The position numbers and the translations under genes are program-made. From positions 304-64,303 of the forward strand of contig QCGZ01000005.1 in the NCBI GenBank assembly GCA_003279705.1: a stretch of 64,000 bases of DNA. The letters are read 5' to 3'. The DNA comes from OCS116 cluster bacterium AG-390-I16 (lineage in GTDB: Bacteria > Pseudomonadota > Alphaproteobacteria > MED-G09). The notes below the pieces were generated by a model. It saw only the letters and a list, made by a program, of their open reading frames with translations. It ran no database searches and had not been told where the DNA came from. Shown piece after piece: positions 9,769-20,321 of this stretch. Each line of letters opens with the position of its first letter. Within the stretch, counting starts at the first letter, position 1.

Positions 9769-10911
9769 TTAATCTTTTAAATATTCTAAAATTTTATTTG
9801 CAGCTTTTTCTGAGGGATTTTTTTTATCGCCAATTATAACTCTTTTAAACTCCTTTAAATCACTGAGCTGATTTTCAATAATATCTTTATCGAGGAATAA
9901 ATTTAAAATTGACTTATATATATTCTTCTTGTTGCAATTACTTTGTATTAATTCCTGAACTGAGTTTTTACTTAATACAAGATTAATCAAAGATATGAAT
10001 GGAACTTTTGCAAGTCGGCTTACTATAGACCATGTCAAGAAATCTAATTTATAGATAACTACCATTGGAATTAAAGACAATCCAAGCTCTAAAGTTACGG
10101 TTCCAGATGAAGCACAAGCAACATCAGCTTCTTGAAATAGACAAAATTTTTCACTTTCGTTAGTGATAATTATTGATTCTGGAAATTCATTTTTTATAAA
10201 ATTAAAATTCTTCTCTTCAGTAGGTATAGTTAATACCATATCGGGGATTTTCTTTTTAATGTCTTTGTATGCATCTTTGAATGGCTTAATATGTCGTTTA
10301 ATTTCAGATTGTCTGCTTCCAGGAAGAAATATAAGAATTGGTTTTTTCTTTAAATTATAAGTTTCTCTAAAACTATTCTTATTAGAGGCTTCATTTAACT
10401 TTGGAATAACAGGATGCCCTACATAAGTTGTTTCTAATCCATGTTTTATAAAAAAATCTTTCTCAAAAGGAAGTAATGAAAGTAAATGATCAAAGTTTTT
10501 TGACATAGACTTGACCCTATTTTGTCTCCAAGCCCATACTGTTGGAGCAACATAACAAATTACAGGTGATTTAAAGGACTTTTTCTTTAATCTTTTTGCT
10601 ACCCTGTGATTAAAATCAGGACTATCGATTAATATCACCAAATCTGGTTTTTTAATTAAAATATCCTCTGTTACCTGACTAATCCTTTTCAGTAATTTAT
10701 TTATTTTCATTAGAACTGGAAGAATTCCCATTACTGTGAGATCGCTCATTGGAAAAATAGAACTAAATTCATGGTTTTCCATGAAATTACCTCCTACACC
10801 ATCAAATTTTAAATTTGAATTTTTTTTTATAAGCTCAGATATAATCTCCGATCCTATAAAATCACCAGAGGGTTCTCCAGCCACAATGTATATTAATTTA
10901 TCTTTGATCAA
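9769..10911 (-). CDS. lpxB: lipid-A-disaccharide synthase
   Basis: 380 aa. N-terminal IVAGEPSGDFIG. Sits in the lpx cluster. Confidence 0.9.
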   Translation of the reverse strand: MIKDKLIYIVAGEPSGDFIGSEIISELIKKNSNLKFDGVGGNFMENHEFSSIFPMSDLTVMGILPVLMKINKLLKRISQVTEDILIKKPDLVILIDSPDFNHRVAKRLKKKSFKSPVICYVAPTVWAWRQNRVKSMSKNFDHLLSLLPFEKDFFIKHGLETTYVGHPVIPKLNEASNKNSFRETYNLKKKPILIFLPGSRQSEIKRHIKPFKDAYKDIKKKIPDMVLTIPTEEKNFNFIKNEFPESIIITNESEKFCLFQEADVACASSGTVTLELGLSLIPMVVIYKLDFLTWSIVSRLAKVPFISLINLVLSKNSVQELIQSNCNKKNIYKSILNLFLDKDIIENQLSDLKEFKRVIIGDKKNPSEKAANKILEYLKD

Positions 10912-10922
10912 TTTTTATAGCT

Positions 10923-11135
10923 CTAAATTCCATATATAAATAAATTTTTTTGATTTGCGTATTCTATCATTTTGTCCTTATCAACAAGGAAAGCTTTTTT
11001 ATCCTCTAGAACTATTCCATCCAAACCTAACTCATTTATTAATTTTAATGTATTTAAGCCAACTGTTGGTAAATCTACCCTATTGTCCTGAATTGGCTTT
11101 AGCATTTTAATTAAAAAAACCACCTGAAATTTCAT
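10923..11135 (-). CDS. lpxI: UDP-2,3-diacylglucosamine pyrophosphatase LpxI (DUF1009), C-terminal fragment
   Basis: ..LIKMLKPIQDNRVDLPTVGLNTL.. matches the conserved LpxI C-terminal region. Located between lpxA and lpxB, as in alphaproteobacteria. It joins ORF 11107..11742 if the T7 run is read as T6. Confidence 0.7.
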   Translation of the reverse strand: MKFQVVFLIKMLKPIQDNRVDLPTVGLNTLKLINELGLDGIVLEDKKAFLVDKDKMIEYANQKNLFIYGI

Positions 11136-11742
11136 GATTTTTTTCTTTTATTGCCTTGTAAAGCATAAAATCAGTACCATTGATATCTTCAGCTATTATT
11201 ACTTTGCCATTAGAGACTATACATGCTTGGCCAGTATCACTATTACCAATTTCTGAGCAAGTTTTGATAGCTAAATCAATATCATTAATATTAGAACTCT
11301 TAATATCAGTATTAGTTAAATTTCCTTTTGTCATAAGAATATCATCTAAGAAATTATCTGCTCCAACTATTTTTATTTTAACTTTTTTTTCAATGTAATT
11401 AATAATTGTTTTTATAATTTCTGCATCACCGCTTTTCCTAATCATAAATAAAGAGAAAAAAAGTTTTAAACCAAAGAAATCAGGAAAAAGAAAAAAGAAA
11501 TTTGGAATCTTTGCTCCACCAATAATAACTAATTTTTTACAATTATTTTTTTTCAGCAATCTCATTGCTAAACCAATTTGACCAAATCGCATCCATTGAT
11601 GAGGAAATTTTTCTATATTTCTATCTGTTAAGCCTTTAATAGCTATTATAAAAACTTTTTTATTGGACTTAACTATATTCTCAGCAACCTTTATAGGGAG
11701 TACACCCTTTCCTGCGTATATTCCTATTCGCTCGGCGGACAT
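11107..11742 (-). CDS. lpxI: LpxI (DUF1009), N-terminal fragment; frame lost in a T7 run
   Basis: 211 aa, starting MSAERIGIYAGKGVLP. It ends ..HEISGGFFN* immediately after the homopolymer at 11113..11119. Confidence 0.7.
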   Translation of the reverse strand: MSAERIGIYAGKGVLPIKVAENIVKSNKKVFIIAIKGLTDRNIEKFPHQWMRFGQIGLAMRLLKKNNCKKLVIIGGAKIPNFFFLFPDFFGLKLFFSLFMIRKSGDAEIIKTIINYIEKKVKIKIVGADNFLDDILMTKGNLTNTDIKSSNINDIDLAIKTCSEIGNSDTGQACIVSNGKVIIAEDINGTDFMLYKAIKEKNHEISGGFFN

Positions 11743-12536
11743 TACGACTCTTGAGGTAAACAGTAACTCCTGCTTCCTTTTTGAGTAATGAAACTAATTA
11801 GCTCTTCAACCACAGAGGATTTAATATTTTCAGATTTAAGCTTTTCAATTCTATTATTAAATTCATTTTCTTCGTTTTCAAATAAAACTGAATAAGCTCT
11901 TTTTGCTTTTTTAATCTCTTCGTTATTAAAATTTCTTCTTCTTAAACCGGTTAAATTTAAGCCTTCTAAAGTTGCTCTATTTCCTACAGCTAAACCATAA
12001 GGTATTAAATCTTTTGTTAGCGCAGAGAAACCACCTAAAAAGGAATGAGAACCAATTCTAGTCCATTGATGAACAGCTGATAAGCCACCTAAAATTGCCC
12101 AATCACCAATTTGAACATGACCAGCAATCATAACGTTATTTGCTAGAACACAATTATTTCCAATGTCACAATCATGGGCAACATGTGCTCCAGCCATAAA
12201 TAAATTATTGTCACCTACTTTCGTTTCTAAGCCACCTGCTTCAGTACCAATATGCATTGTTACATGCTCACGAATATTGTTATTCCTTCCAATTTTTAAA
12301 GATCCATTCTCACCCTGAAATTTTAAATCTTGAGGGTCGCCTCCTAAAACAGTAAAAGGCCATACTTTTGTGCCAGAGCATATTGTTGTTTTTCCTTGAA
12401 CAACTACATTTGATAAAAGCTTTACATTTTCTTCAATAATAACATCCGGTCCTATTACACAAAAAGGTCCAATTTCTGCATCAGGGTGAATATTTGATGA
12501 TTTATCTATTATTGCAGTAGAGTGAAATAAACTCAT
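11742..12536 (-). CDS. lpxA: acyl-ACP--UDP-N-acetylglucosamine O-acyltransferase
   Basis: 264 aa. Left-handed beta-helix hexapeptide repeats. Position fabZ-lpxA. Confidence 0.92.
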   Translation of the reverse strand: MSLFHSTAIIDKSSNIHPDAEIGPFCVIGPDVIIEENVKLLSNVVVQGKTTICSGTKVWPFTVLGGDPQDLKFQGENGSLKIGRNNNIREHVTMHIGTEAGGLETKVGDNNLFMAGAHVAHDCDIGNNCVLANNVMIAGHVQIGDWAILGGLSAVHQWTRIGSHSFLGGFSALTKDLIPYGLAVGNRATLEGLNLTGLRRRNFNNEEIKKAKRAYSVLFENEENEFNNRIEKLKSENIKSSVVEELISFITQKGSRSYCLPQES

Positions 12537-12537
12537 T

Positions 12538-12999
12538 TTAAACCTCGCCTAAACGCACAACCATAGCAGTTATTATTGCTTCTGAGACTAAATTTTCATT
12601 TACATATGCTTTTCCGTTAAATTGCCAAATATCTCCTTTATTTTTTTCTTTTGTTATTTTCATTATTAACTGATCACCTGGAAGAACAGGCTTTCTGAAC
12701 TTTGCATTATCAACTTTCATTAAATAAACTGACAAATCATTAGTATCGCCATCATAACCATGAACCACCAATGCACTGGCAGTTTGAGCCATAGCCTCAA
12801 TAATTAATACTCCAGGCATTATTGGGTGACCGGGGAAATGACCAGGAAAAAATGGTTCATTAATAGTCACATTTTTAATTCCAACACAATATGATGTATC
12901 AGTAATATCCTCTATTCGATCAACTAATAAAAAAGGATACCTATGAGGAATAAGATCATGGATTTCTTTTGAATTTATTGATTTTTTATTTTTTGTCAT
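12538..12999 (-). CDS. fabZ: 3-hydroxyacyl-ACP dehydratase
   Basis: 153 aa. Motifs LIPHRYPFLLVDR and FFPGHFPGHPIMPGVLIIEAMAQ. Confidence 0.95.
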   Translation of the reverse strand: MTKNKKSINSKEIHDLIPHRYPFLLVDRIEDITDTSYCVGIKNVTINEPFFPGHFPGHPIMPGVLIIEAMAQTASALVVHGYDGDTNDLSVYLMKVDNAKFRKPVLPGDQLIMKITKEKNKGDIWQFNGKAYVNENLVSEAIITAMVVRLGEV

Positions 13000-14029
13000 T
13001 TTTTTTATCCTTCGATGCCCTTCTTAACATAGAAACTTCTTTTCTCCATGTATCTATCTCTCTAATAGGAAAGCCAGCCCAAATTTTACCTGGAGGCAAC
13101 GTTTTGCTTACACCGGCCTTAGCCGCGATCTGCGAGCCTTTACCAATTGTTATATGTCCAACAGCTCCTGATTTTGCTCCCATTACGACAAAATCCTCTA
13201 AAGTGGTAGAACCTGCAAGACCAACCATTCCAGCAATAATACAATTTTCACCGATCACGCAATTATGAGCAATATGTACTAAATTATCAATTTTCGTTCC
13301 ATTTTTAATGATAGTGTCTTGAAGACTCCCCCTATCAATAGAACAATTTGATCCGATCTCTATATTATTTTCAATGATAACTCTTCCAACCTGAGGAATT
13401 TTCTCATGCTTTTCTGGCGACATTGAAAAACCAAAACCATCTTGACCAATAGAAGTCCCCTGATGAATTATATTATTATCGCCAATAATTGAATGAGTTA
13501 TATTAACATTAGAGCCGATATAACAATCAGAACCTATTTTAACACCAATACCAATTACGCTATTAGATGAAATAGTAGTTTTATCACCTATAATAACGTT
13601 TTTACCAATAACGGCACCTTTTTCAATAATGACATCTTTACCTAGTTTAATACTCTCATCAAAACTATCTTGTGAATTAACTCCTGTAGTTGATTTAGGT
13701 AATACCTCAAAAGGATAAAATTTTTGTGATATTTTTGTAAAATCCATGTAAGGGTTTTCTGAATAAATTAAATATAAGTTTTTAGGAGCATATTCACTGT
13801 GTTCTTTTTTTAAAATACAAACACTTGCTTTGGTAATCAAGAGATCATCCTTATATTTCAAATCTTGAAAAAAAGTAATATTACCCTCTTTTGCATTACT
13901 TAAAGTGGCTATATCAGCAACGAGATAATCGTTGCTGACACCATTATTTGATAATTCTGTTCCTAAAAATTTATTAATATCTTCTAGGGTAAAAGGTCCT
14001 GAATTTTTAAAAAATCTAGGGTCACTCAT
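12986..14029 (-). CDS. lpxD: UDP-3-O-acylglucosamine N-acyltransferase
   Basis: 347 aa. Long hexapeptide-repeat region. Position skp-lpxD-fabZ. Confidence 0.92.
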   Translation of the reverse strand: MSDPRFFKNSGPFTLEDINKFLGTELSNNGVSNDYLVADIATLSNAKEGNITFFQDLKYKDDLLITKASVCILKKEHSEYAPKNLYLIYSENPYMDFTKISQKFYPFEVLPKSTTGVNSQDSFDESIKLGKDVIIEKGAVIGKNVIIGDKTTISSNSVIGIGVKIGSDCYIGSNVNITHSIIGDNNIIHQGTSIGQDGFGFSMSPEKHEKIPQVGRVIIENNIEIGSNCSIDRGSLQDTIIKNGTKIDNLVHIAHNCVIGENCIIAGMVGLAGSTTLEDFVVMGAKSGAVGHITIGKGSQIAAKAGVSKTLPPGKIWAGFPIREIDTWRKEVSMLRRASKDKKNDKK

Positions 14030-14040
14030 ATAAACAATCC

Positions 14041-14577
14041 CTATTCGTCAGAAATAGTTACCTTTATATCAGGAAGCCTTTTATTTAATCTTTTTACAAC
14101 TTCAGCAGAAATATCTAGCTTAGGATCCCCAAATAAAATTGCTTGTCTATCTAAAAGAATTTTAGCACCTTTTTCATTAACAATTTCTGTTAAAATAGGA
14201 CTCATAACAGAATCTATTGATGAAGATGCTCTTTGAATAGCTTCTTGAATTTTTTGAACTTTAGTTTGAAGCTCTTGTTGTTTGCTCTCTGCCTCAGTTT
14301 GAAGAGCAGTAACTCTTTCCTGAAATACCTCTGGAGCTAATAAAGTTTTATCTTCTTCTAGTTTCTTTCCCTTTGCCTGAAGATCTTTTGATACTTCATC
14401 TCTAAGATCGATTACTTCTTTATTTAGAGCTTCACTCTGCTTTCTTAGAGATACTCCTGATTTAGACTGTGAAACAACATATTGTAAGTTTACAATTAAT
14501 ACATCTTCTGCTGCATTAACAGGCCCTGAAAATCCCATAACAAACGCTATAGCAGCAATAATAAATGACTTTTTCAT
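14041..14577 (-). CDS. skp: OmpH/Skp periplasmic chaperone
   Basis: Signal peptide MKKSFIIAAIAFVMGFSGPVNA followed by Q/E/K-rich coiled coil. The ATG at 14577 is preceded by GGAGGAA; the ORF-track start at 14589 is a TTG inside that SD. Confidence 0.8.
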   Translation of the reverse strand: MKKSFIIAAIAFVMGFSGPVNAAEDVLIVNLQYVVSQSKSGVSLRKQSEALNKEVIDLRDEVSKDLQAKGKKLEEDKTLLAPEVFQERVTALQTEAESKQQELQTKVQKIQEAIQRASSSIDSVMSPILTEIVNEKGAKILLDRQAILFGDPKLDISAEVVKRLNKRLPDIKVTISDE

Positions 14578-14693
14578 ATTTTCCTCCAAATATATGATGT
14601 ATTTAAAAAAAATTCTTTTAAATAGATTATATAAAAAATCTATACACTAATTGTATATAAAATACATCAAGACTCTAATAATATTTTTATACG

Positions 14694-17156
14694 TTAAAAT
14701 CTAGTACCCCCGCTAAATCTAAAGAATTTAGCATCATCGTAATCTTCACTTGCTACATCTCTTCCTATATCAAACCTAATAGGACCAAAAGGTGAATTCC
14801 AATTTAATGTAATACCAACGGTAGCTCTAAATGTTGCATCGTCAACAAAGCGAGTGCATAAAGTTCCATATTTTTCATTAAGCCCAACACTATCAATGGC
14901 ACAAGCATCATTAAGGCTGCTATAATCTGAATTGATTACAGCATTCAGATCATAAAATGGGTCATCTATATCAGAGAGAATTTGTTGAGCCTGCTGATTA
15001 CTTAGAACTCTGTTAGTATCATCATTCTTACCTATGATACCAAAATCACTAAAAATAGCTGTTTTTAATCCAAACTCATCTGGAAGACCTATAGGCACCG
15101 TTAACTCAATTGTACCAATTGCAAAAAATTCTGCACCACGCGGTCTATCAGTAATTAATTCCTTAGGACCAACGCCTGCTCTATCAAAACCTCTAAATGT
15201 TGTTCCACCTTTAAAGAAGCGATCGTTAATTCTTAATTTTTTATTAGAGTAATTGTAAACATAACCAGCATTAGCACCTACATTTAATACCCAATTTTGA
15301 GCAATTTCATAATAATACTTTCCACCTGTTGTAGACCTAATGTATTCAGAGTCGCCCAGTAAACCAGCAAGATCTTGCCCAAATGAAAAAGTCCAGCCTG
15401 AGGTAGTATCAATATAATCATCACGAGTATCGATTACATAGCTATAACCGATTTCTGATTTATCAGCATTATAATCATCTGCTAGGTTATAACCACTATC
15501 AAATAAATAACTTGAAACCTCCTCTTGAAAATAACGATAGAAAACAGATAAATTAGAAAAATCAGACATTGGCCAAACAGCTCTTAGAGATGCACCAGAT
15601 TGCATCGATCTATAAGATGAATACCTTCTATAATCATTATCAATATGAAAAATATCAAAGCCTGCAGACATCCTTCTTCCAAGAAAATAAGGTTGTGTAA
15701 AACCTATTTCAAATTGTTTTCTTCTTTCAGAGTTAGCAATATTAAATTTAATAGATTGACCTCTTCCTAATAAGTTTCTCTCAGATATACCAATTTCTAG
15801 TAATAAGCTCTCAGCTGATGAAAAACCTGCACCAATAGACAACTCACCGGTAGGCTGTTCTTCAACATCGAAATCTACAATCATCCTATCTTCAGTTGAT
15901 CCCGGTCTAACGTTTACTTCAACCTCTTTAAAATAGCCAAGTGATTTGATTTTTGTCTCTGACCTGTCTATTAAAACTTTATTATAGGCATCCCCCTCGA
16001 GAACTCTAAGCTCTCGTCTGATAACTTCATCACGGGTACGAGTATTTTGATTAATATTTACGGTTTCAATGTAAACCCTTGGACCCTCTTCAATAATATA
16101 AACTATGTCTATAATAGCTTCTTCCTTATTTCTTTTTACTCTTGGCCTAACATCTGCAGATGCATAACCATCTTCTCCAACAGCAAATGTTATATTATCA
16201 ATAGATGAGTCTATGTCCGTTGCTTTATATTTATTACCTTTTCTATGATCAATTAGAGGTAATAATGTATCTGTATCCATATTTGGTAGACTACTTTTAA
16301 TTGTTGCCTCACCAAATTTATACTCAATACCTTCATCTAAAACATAGGTGATTATAAAATTTGATCCATCTTTGGTTAGCTCAGCTATAGCCGATATAAC
16401 TTGAAAATCTGCATAGCCTTCATCTAAATAAAACTTTCTTAATTGTTCTCTATCATAGGCGAGCTTATCTGGGTCATATGAGTCCTCGGATGAAAAAAAT
16501 TTCCACCACTTTGATTCTTGGGTGACTAATTTTCCTTTTAGTTTTCTATCTTTAAATTTTTTATTTCCTAAAAAATTTACAGATGAAACTCCAGTTGTTG
16601 GTCCTTCACTTATTTCAAATATCAAATCAACTCTATTTTGAGGCTGACGAATGACTTTAGGTTCTATCTTTGCGGAAAATCTTCCAGATCTTCTGTACAA
16701 CTCAACAAGTCTCTGCACATCTGCTTGAACTTTTGATCGTGTATATACAGACCTAGGTCTAAGCTCAACCTCTTCTTCAAATTTATCAGTTTTAAGAGCT
16801 TTATTACCTTCAAAATCAACTCTATTAATAATTGGATTTTCAACAACAAAAACTATAAGACCTGAATTTTCATATCTAATGGCAACATCTGCAAATAGGC
16901 CTGTATTAAATAAAATTTTTAGTGACTGATCAACAACTTCTTCATTATATAAATCACCGGGCTTAATGGTCATATATGAACGGATTGTATCTGGTTCTAT
17001 TCTCTGAGATCCTCTAACCTCAACGAATAAAATCCTTTCTATGCTTTGTATTATTTGAGTTTCTTCTAATGCCTGAGTTTCTTCTTGAGCAGAAACATTA
17101 TAAAAAGATGAAAAAAATAAGAAAGATATTAAAAATAATAATTTATAGTTTTTCAT
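14694..17156 (-). CDS. bamA: outer membrane protein assembly factor BamA
   Basis: 820 aa. Signal peptide, POTRA-type repeats, C-terminal beta-barrel ending ..FRFSGGTRF. Confidence 0.93.
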   Translation of the reverse strand: MKNYKLLFLISFLFFSSFYNVSAQEETQALEETQIIQSIERILFVEVRGSQRIEPDTIRSYMTIKPGDLYNEEVVDQSLKILFNTGLFADVAIRYENSGLIVFVVENPIINRVDFEGNKALKTDKFEEEVELRPRSVYTRSKVQADVQRLVELYRRSGRFSAKIEPKVIRQPQNRVDLIFEISEGPTTGVSSVNFLGNKKFKDRKLKGKLVTQESKWWKFFSSEDSYDPDKLAYDREQLRKFYLDEGYADFQVISAIAELTKDGSNFIITYVLDEGIEYKFGEATIKSSLPNMDTDTLLPLIDHRKGNKYKATDIDSSIDNITFAVGEDGYASADVRPRVKRNKEEAIIDIVYIIEEGPRVYIETVNINQNTRTRDEVIRRELRVLEGDAYNKVLIDRSETKIKSLGYFKEVEVNVRPGSTEDRMIVDFDVEEQPTGELSIGAGFSSAESLLLEIGISERNLLGRGQSIKFNIANSERRKQFEIGFTQPYFLGRRMSAGFDIFHIDNDYRRYSSYRSMQSGASLRAVWPMSDFSNLSVFYRYFQEEVSSYLFDSGYNLADDYNADKSEIGYSYVIDTRDDYIDTTSGWTFSFGQDLAGLLGDSEYIRSTTGGKYYYEIAQNWVLNVGANAGYVYNYSNKKLRINDRFFKGGTTFRGFDRAGVGPKELITDRPRGAEFFAIGTIELTVPIGLPDEFGLKTAIFSDFGIIGKNDDTNRVLSNQQAQQILSDIDDPFYDLNAVINSDYSSLNDACAIDSVGLNEKYGTLCTRFVDDATFRATVGITLNWNSPFGPIRFDIGRDVASEDYDDAKFFRFSGGTRF

Positions 17157-17183
17157 ATTTTTTCCAAGACAGCAGTATCAAAT

Positions 17184-18323
17184 CTATAAACGACTTATAT
17201 CAAGAATAGTTACAAAAACCATAAGAGCAATTAACAGGCTTACCCCAATCTGCATTCCATATTCCTGAACTTTAGGATTAATAGGTTTTCCAAAAATAAT
17301 TTCATACATATAAAATAATAAATGACCGCCATCTAAAACTGGAATGGGTAATAAATTTATAACACCAAGATTCACAGAAATAGCAGCAATTAATCCAAGT
17401 AAAGGAATAATGCCATATTCAACCACTTGACCTGAAACTTGTATAATCTTGATAGGTCCTCCCATTTGATCAACTGACTCTCTACCTATAATTAATTGAC
17501 CAAGGTAAACTAATATTTTTGTTGTTAATGAAAAGGTTTCTTGAATTCCCCTTAAAAGACCAGAAAATATATTATAGTCTTTAGTCCGATAGTAAGAAGG
17601 ATCCTGCTCGGCCATTATACCAATTCTTCCAACCTTATACTCGCCTCCAAATCGGTCTTTTTGAATTATAATTTTTGGTTTAACATTCAATGAAATATTA
17701 GATCCATTCCTTAAAACTATCACTTCAAGAGTATCCTGAGAATTTTCAATAATATAATTTCTTATATCATTGAAAGAATTAATTTCATTACCATTAATAT
17801 TTGTTATTAAATCACCTTTTTTAATTCCAGACTCACTTGCTGCAGAATTTTCTAAAACCTCACCAACAAGAGGCTCAACAACTGTTTCACCCCTATAAAT
17901 AAAAATCATAGAAAAAATAAAAATAGCTAAAATAAAATTAAAAACTGGTCCAGCTGCAGTTGTGGCTATTTTTTGCCATACCGATTTAGAATGAAAATTA
18001 TCACTCTGCTCTATTGATATGTTTTTATCCCTTTTTCCTGATAAGTCTTCATCCCCTTTAAACTTTACATATCCACCAATAGGAAATAGAGCTACTCTCC
18101 ATAAGGTGCCAGATTTATCATATCTTCCCCAGATTTGTTTCCCCATACCTATAGAAAAAGTCTCCACTCCAATACCGCACCATTTACCAACTAAATAATG
18201 ACCCATCTCATGAACAAAAACTACAACAGTTATCAAAATTGCAAACGCAAAAATATACTGAAAAATATAAGGAATATAATTTATTAAATTTATCAATAAT
18301 TCCATTTTAAAATCCCAATTCAA
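17184..18323 (-). CDS. rseP: RIP zinc metalloprotease RseP
   Basis: HEMGHY (HExxH), a PDZ region, and NLLPIPVLDGGH. An alternative start at 18305 (MELLINL) lies 1 nt after the dxr stop. Confidence 0.9.
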   Translation of the reverse strand: MNWDFKMELLINLINYIPYIFQYIFAFAILITVVVFVHEMGHYLVGKWCGIGVETFSIGMGKQIWGRYDKSGTLWRVALFPIGGYVKFKGDEDLSGKRDKNISIEQSDNFHSKSVWQKIATTAAGPVFNFILAIFIFSMIFIYRGETVVEPLVGEVLENSAASESGIKKGDLITNINGNEINSFNDIRNYIIENSQDTLEVIVLRNGSNISLNVKPKIIIQKDRFGGEYKVGRIGIMAEQDPSYYRTKDYNIFSGLLRGIQETFSLTTKILVYLGQLIIGRESVDQMGGPIKIIQVSGQVVEYGIIPLLGLIAAISVNLGVINLLPIPVLDGGHLLFYMYEIIFGKPINPKVQEYGMQIGVSLLIALMVFVTILDISRL

Positions 18324-19479
18324 TACTTTCTAGTGCTTTTCTTCTTGCTTTATTATCAGCAGAAAATATCCCATCTAAGTCTGATATTGTTTCTAATGAT
18401 TTATTATCACAATGTCCAATATCCTCTATAACTTTATCAACAATTTTTACAATATCTAAGAATTGAATTTGATTATTCAAAAAAGCATTTACAGCAATTT
18501 CATTTGCTGCATTTAAAGATATTGGAAAAATACCCCCCTTTTTTAAGGCTAAGCGAGATAATGATAAAGATCTATATTTTGTTTCATCTGCAAGTTCTAC
18601 ACTAAGATTATTTAAATCAGCAATTGAAATTAGATCTATTTCATTCTTCCTTACTTCAGGCCAAGATAAAGCGTGGTCAATAGGATTTAACATGCTTGGC
18701 TTTCCAAAATGCCCAAACAGGGATCCATTTTTCATTAAAATAAGTCCGTGTATTATTGACTGTCGATGAATTATTACTTCAATACAATCTGGAGGTATTT
18801 CAAAAAGGTGATGAGCTTCAATAATTTCTAAACCTTTATTCATTAAAGTAGCTGAATCAACAGATATTTTTTTACCCATTTTCCATATTGGATGATTTGT
18901 TGCTTGTTGAGGTGTGATATTTTTCAAATCCTCTTTAGAAAAATTGTAAAAAGGTCCACCAGATGCAGTAAGAAAAACCTTACTGACATCATTTATAGAT
19001 TTACCATCTAGAATTTGAAAAATTGCATTATGTTCACTATCAATAGGGATAATATTACAATTATTTTTCTTACATAATTTTTTGATTAGTGAACCAGCAG
19101 ATACAATACATTCTTTATTAGCCAAAGCTATAACTGAGGAACTCTTTATAGACTCAATTAAAGGTCTTAAGCCTGCCAATCCTACAATGGATGCAATAGT
19201 AATATCAGATTTATAACTCGCTGCCTCACAAACACCCTCGGTGCCAGAGAGACATTTAATATTGCTTGGAATATTTTCTTTTAACTCTTTAAGTTTTTTT
19301 TCATTGGCTACTGCAATAATTTTTGGGCTAAATTCATTTGCCAATAAAGAAATATTTTTAATATCGCTATTACAGGTAATTGCAATGACATCAAACTCAT
19401 CTTTCCTTTTTCTTAATAACTCAATCGTACTATTTCCTACAGAACCAGTTACTCCAAAAATTGAAATTGATTTTTTCAT
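18307..19479 (-). CDS. dxr: 1-deoxy-D-xylulose 5-phosphate reductoisomerase
   Basis: 390 aa. Motifs ISIFGVTGSVGNST and PIDSEHNAIFQ. Confidence 0.93.
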   Translation of the reverse strand: MKKSISIFGVTGSVGNSTIELLRKRKDEFDVIAITCNSDIKNISLLANEFSPKIIAVANEKKLKELKENIPSNIKCLSGTEGVCEAASYKSDITIASIVGLAGLRPLIESIKSSSVIALANKECIVSAGSLIKKLCKKNNCNIIPIDSEHNAIFQILDGKSINDVSKVFLTASGGPFYNFSKEDLKNITPQQATNHPIWKMGKKISVDSATLMNKGLEIIEAHHLFEIPPDCIEVIIHRQSIIHGLILMKNGSLFGHFGKPSMLNPIDHALSWPEVRKNEIDLISIADLNNLSVELADETKYRSLSLSRLALKKGGIFPISLNAANEIAVNAFLNNQIQFLDIVKIVDKVIEDIGHCDNKSLETISDLDGIFSADNKARRKALESIELGF

Positions 19480-20321
19480 TACTGACCTAAAATAATTATA
19501 GAAGGATTTTCAATAGCATTCATAATTAATGTGTATAAAGGCATTAAGAAAAAAATAGGTAAAATACTATCAGCTCTATCTAAAAAACCTCCATGACCTG
19601 GAATAAAGATACCAGAGTCTTTAATATTAGCTTTTCTTTTTAAAGAAGAAATAAATAAATCTCCAACAATTGATAGGAATACAATTCCGAAGCCTAAATA
19701 AATATTATTAGAATTATAAGAATTGGAATAATTTAAAGTTAAAAAAACAAACCAAAATGTTCCTATTATAAATGCTGCAATAAAACCTGATAAAGTTTTA
19801 TTGGGAGAAATTACTTTGAACAATTTTGGACCTCCGAATAAATTGCCAAAAATATATGCGGTTATATCGCTTACAAAAATAGTAGATAATATTATAATTA
19901 ATGATAATAAGCCTTGATCTGCATCTCTAAGCCAATTTATCGTTAGAATTGATAAAGAAATGTAAAAAAAACCGAAAGATGACATCTTGTATTTATCAAC
20001 AGTTAATTTTGAAAAAATTGTCAAAAATAAAAAACTTAGAAAAAAAGTGATTATTGATAATGAATTTATAGAATCCAACAACAGAATTACTACTAAACCA
20101 GTCGATGCTATTGAACCTCTAATAATCCAATAATTTTTTGATATTAATCTCATCCATTCAAAAATCATAAATAATGAAACTATTATTAAAAAAACTGTAA
20201 AAAATATTCCACCCTTTGCTAATGAAAAAATTACAACCGATAAAAGTACTATTGAGGATAATAATCTAATTTTAATATCATTAGGTAGTGTCATTCTTAA
20301 TATCCTTTTTAATATTTCCAA
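19479..20321 (-). CDS. cdsA: phosphatidate cytidylyltransferase
   Basis: Polytopic membrane protein with signature SSLKRKANIKDSGIFIPGHGGFLDRADS. The true start may be the internal M at 20294. Confidence 0.85.
   Translation of the reverse strand: MEILKRILRMTLPNDIKIRLLSSIVLLSVVIFSLAKGGIFFTVFLIIVSLFMIFEWMRLISKNYWIIRGSIASTGLVVILLLDSINSLSIITFFLSFLFLTIFSKLTVDKYKMSSFGFFYISLSILTINWLRDADQGLLSLIIILSTIFVSDITAYIFGNLFGGPKLFKVISPNKTLSGFIAAFIIGTFWFVFLTLNYSNSYNSNNIYLGFGIVFLSIVGDLFISSLKRKANIKDSGIFIPGHGGFLDRADSILPIFFLMPLYTLIMNAIENPSIIILGQ

Noticed and set aside
14591-14670. Nested inverted repeats in the bamA-skp spacer: TGATGTATTT / AAATACATCA enclosing ATAGATT / AATCTAT and TATACA / TGTATA.
   Set aside because: The stems are short and almost purely A/T, and the inner stems compete with each other. 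Such repeats are expected by chance at this base composition. Conservation in other genomes would be needed to take this further.
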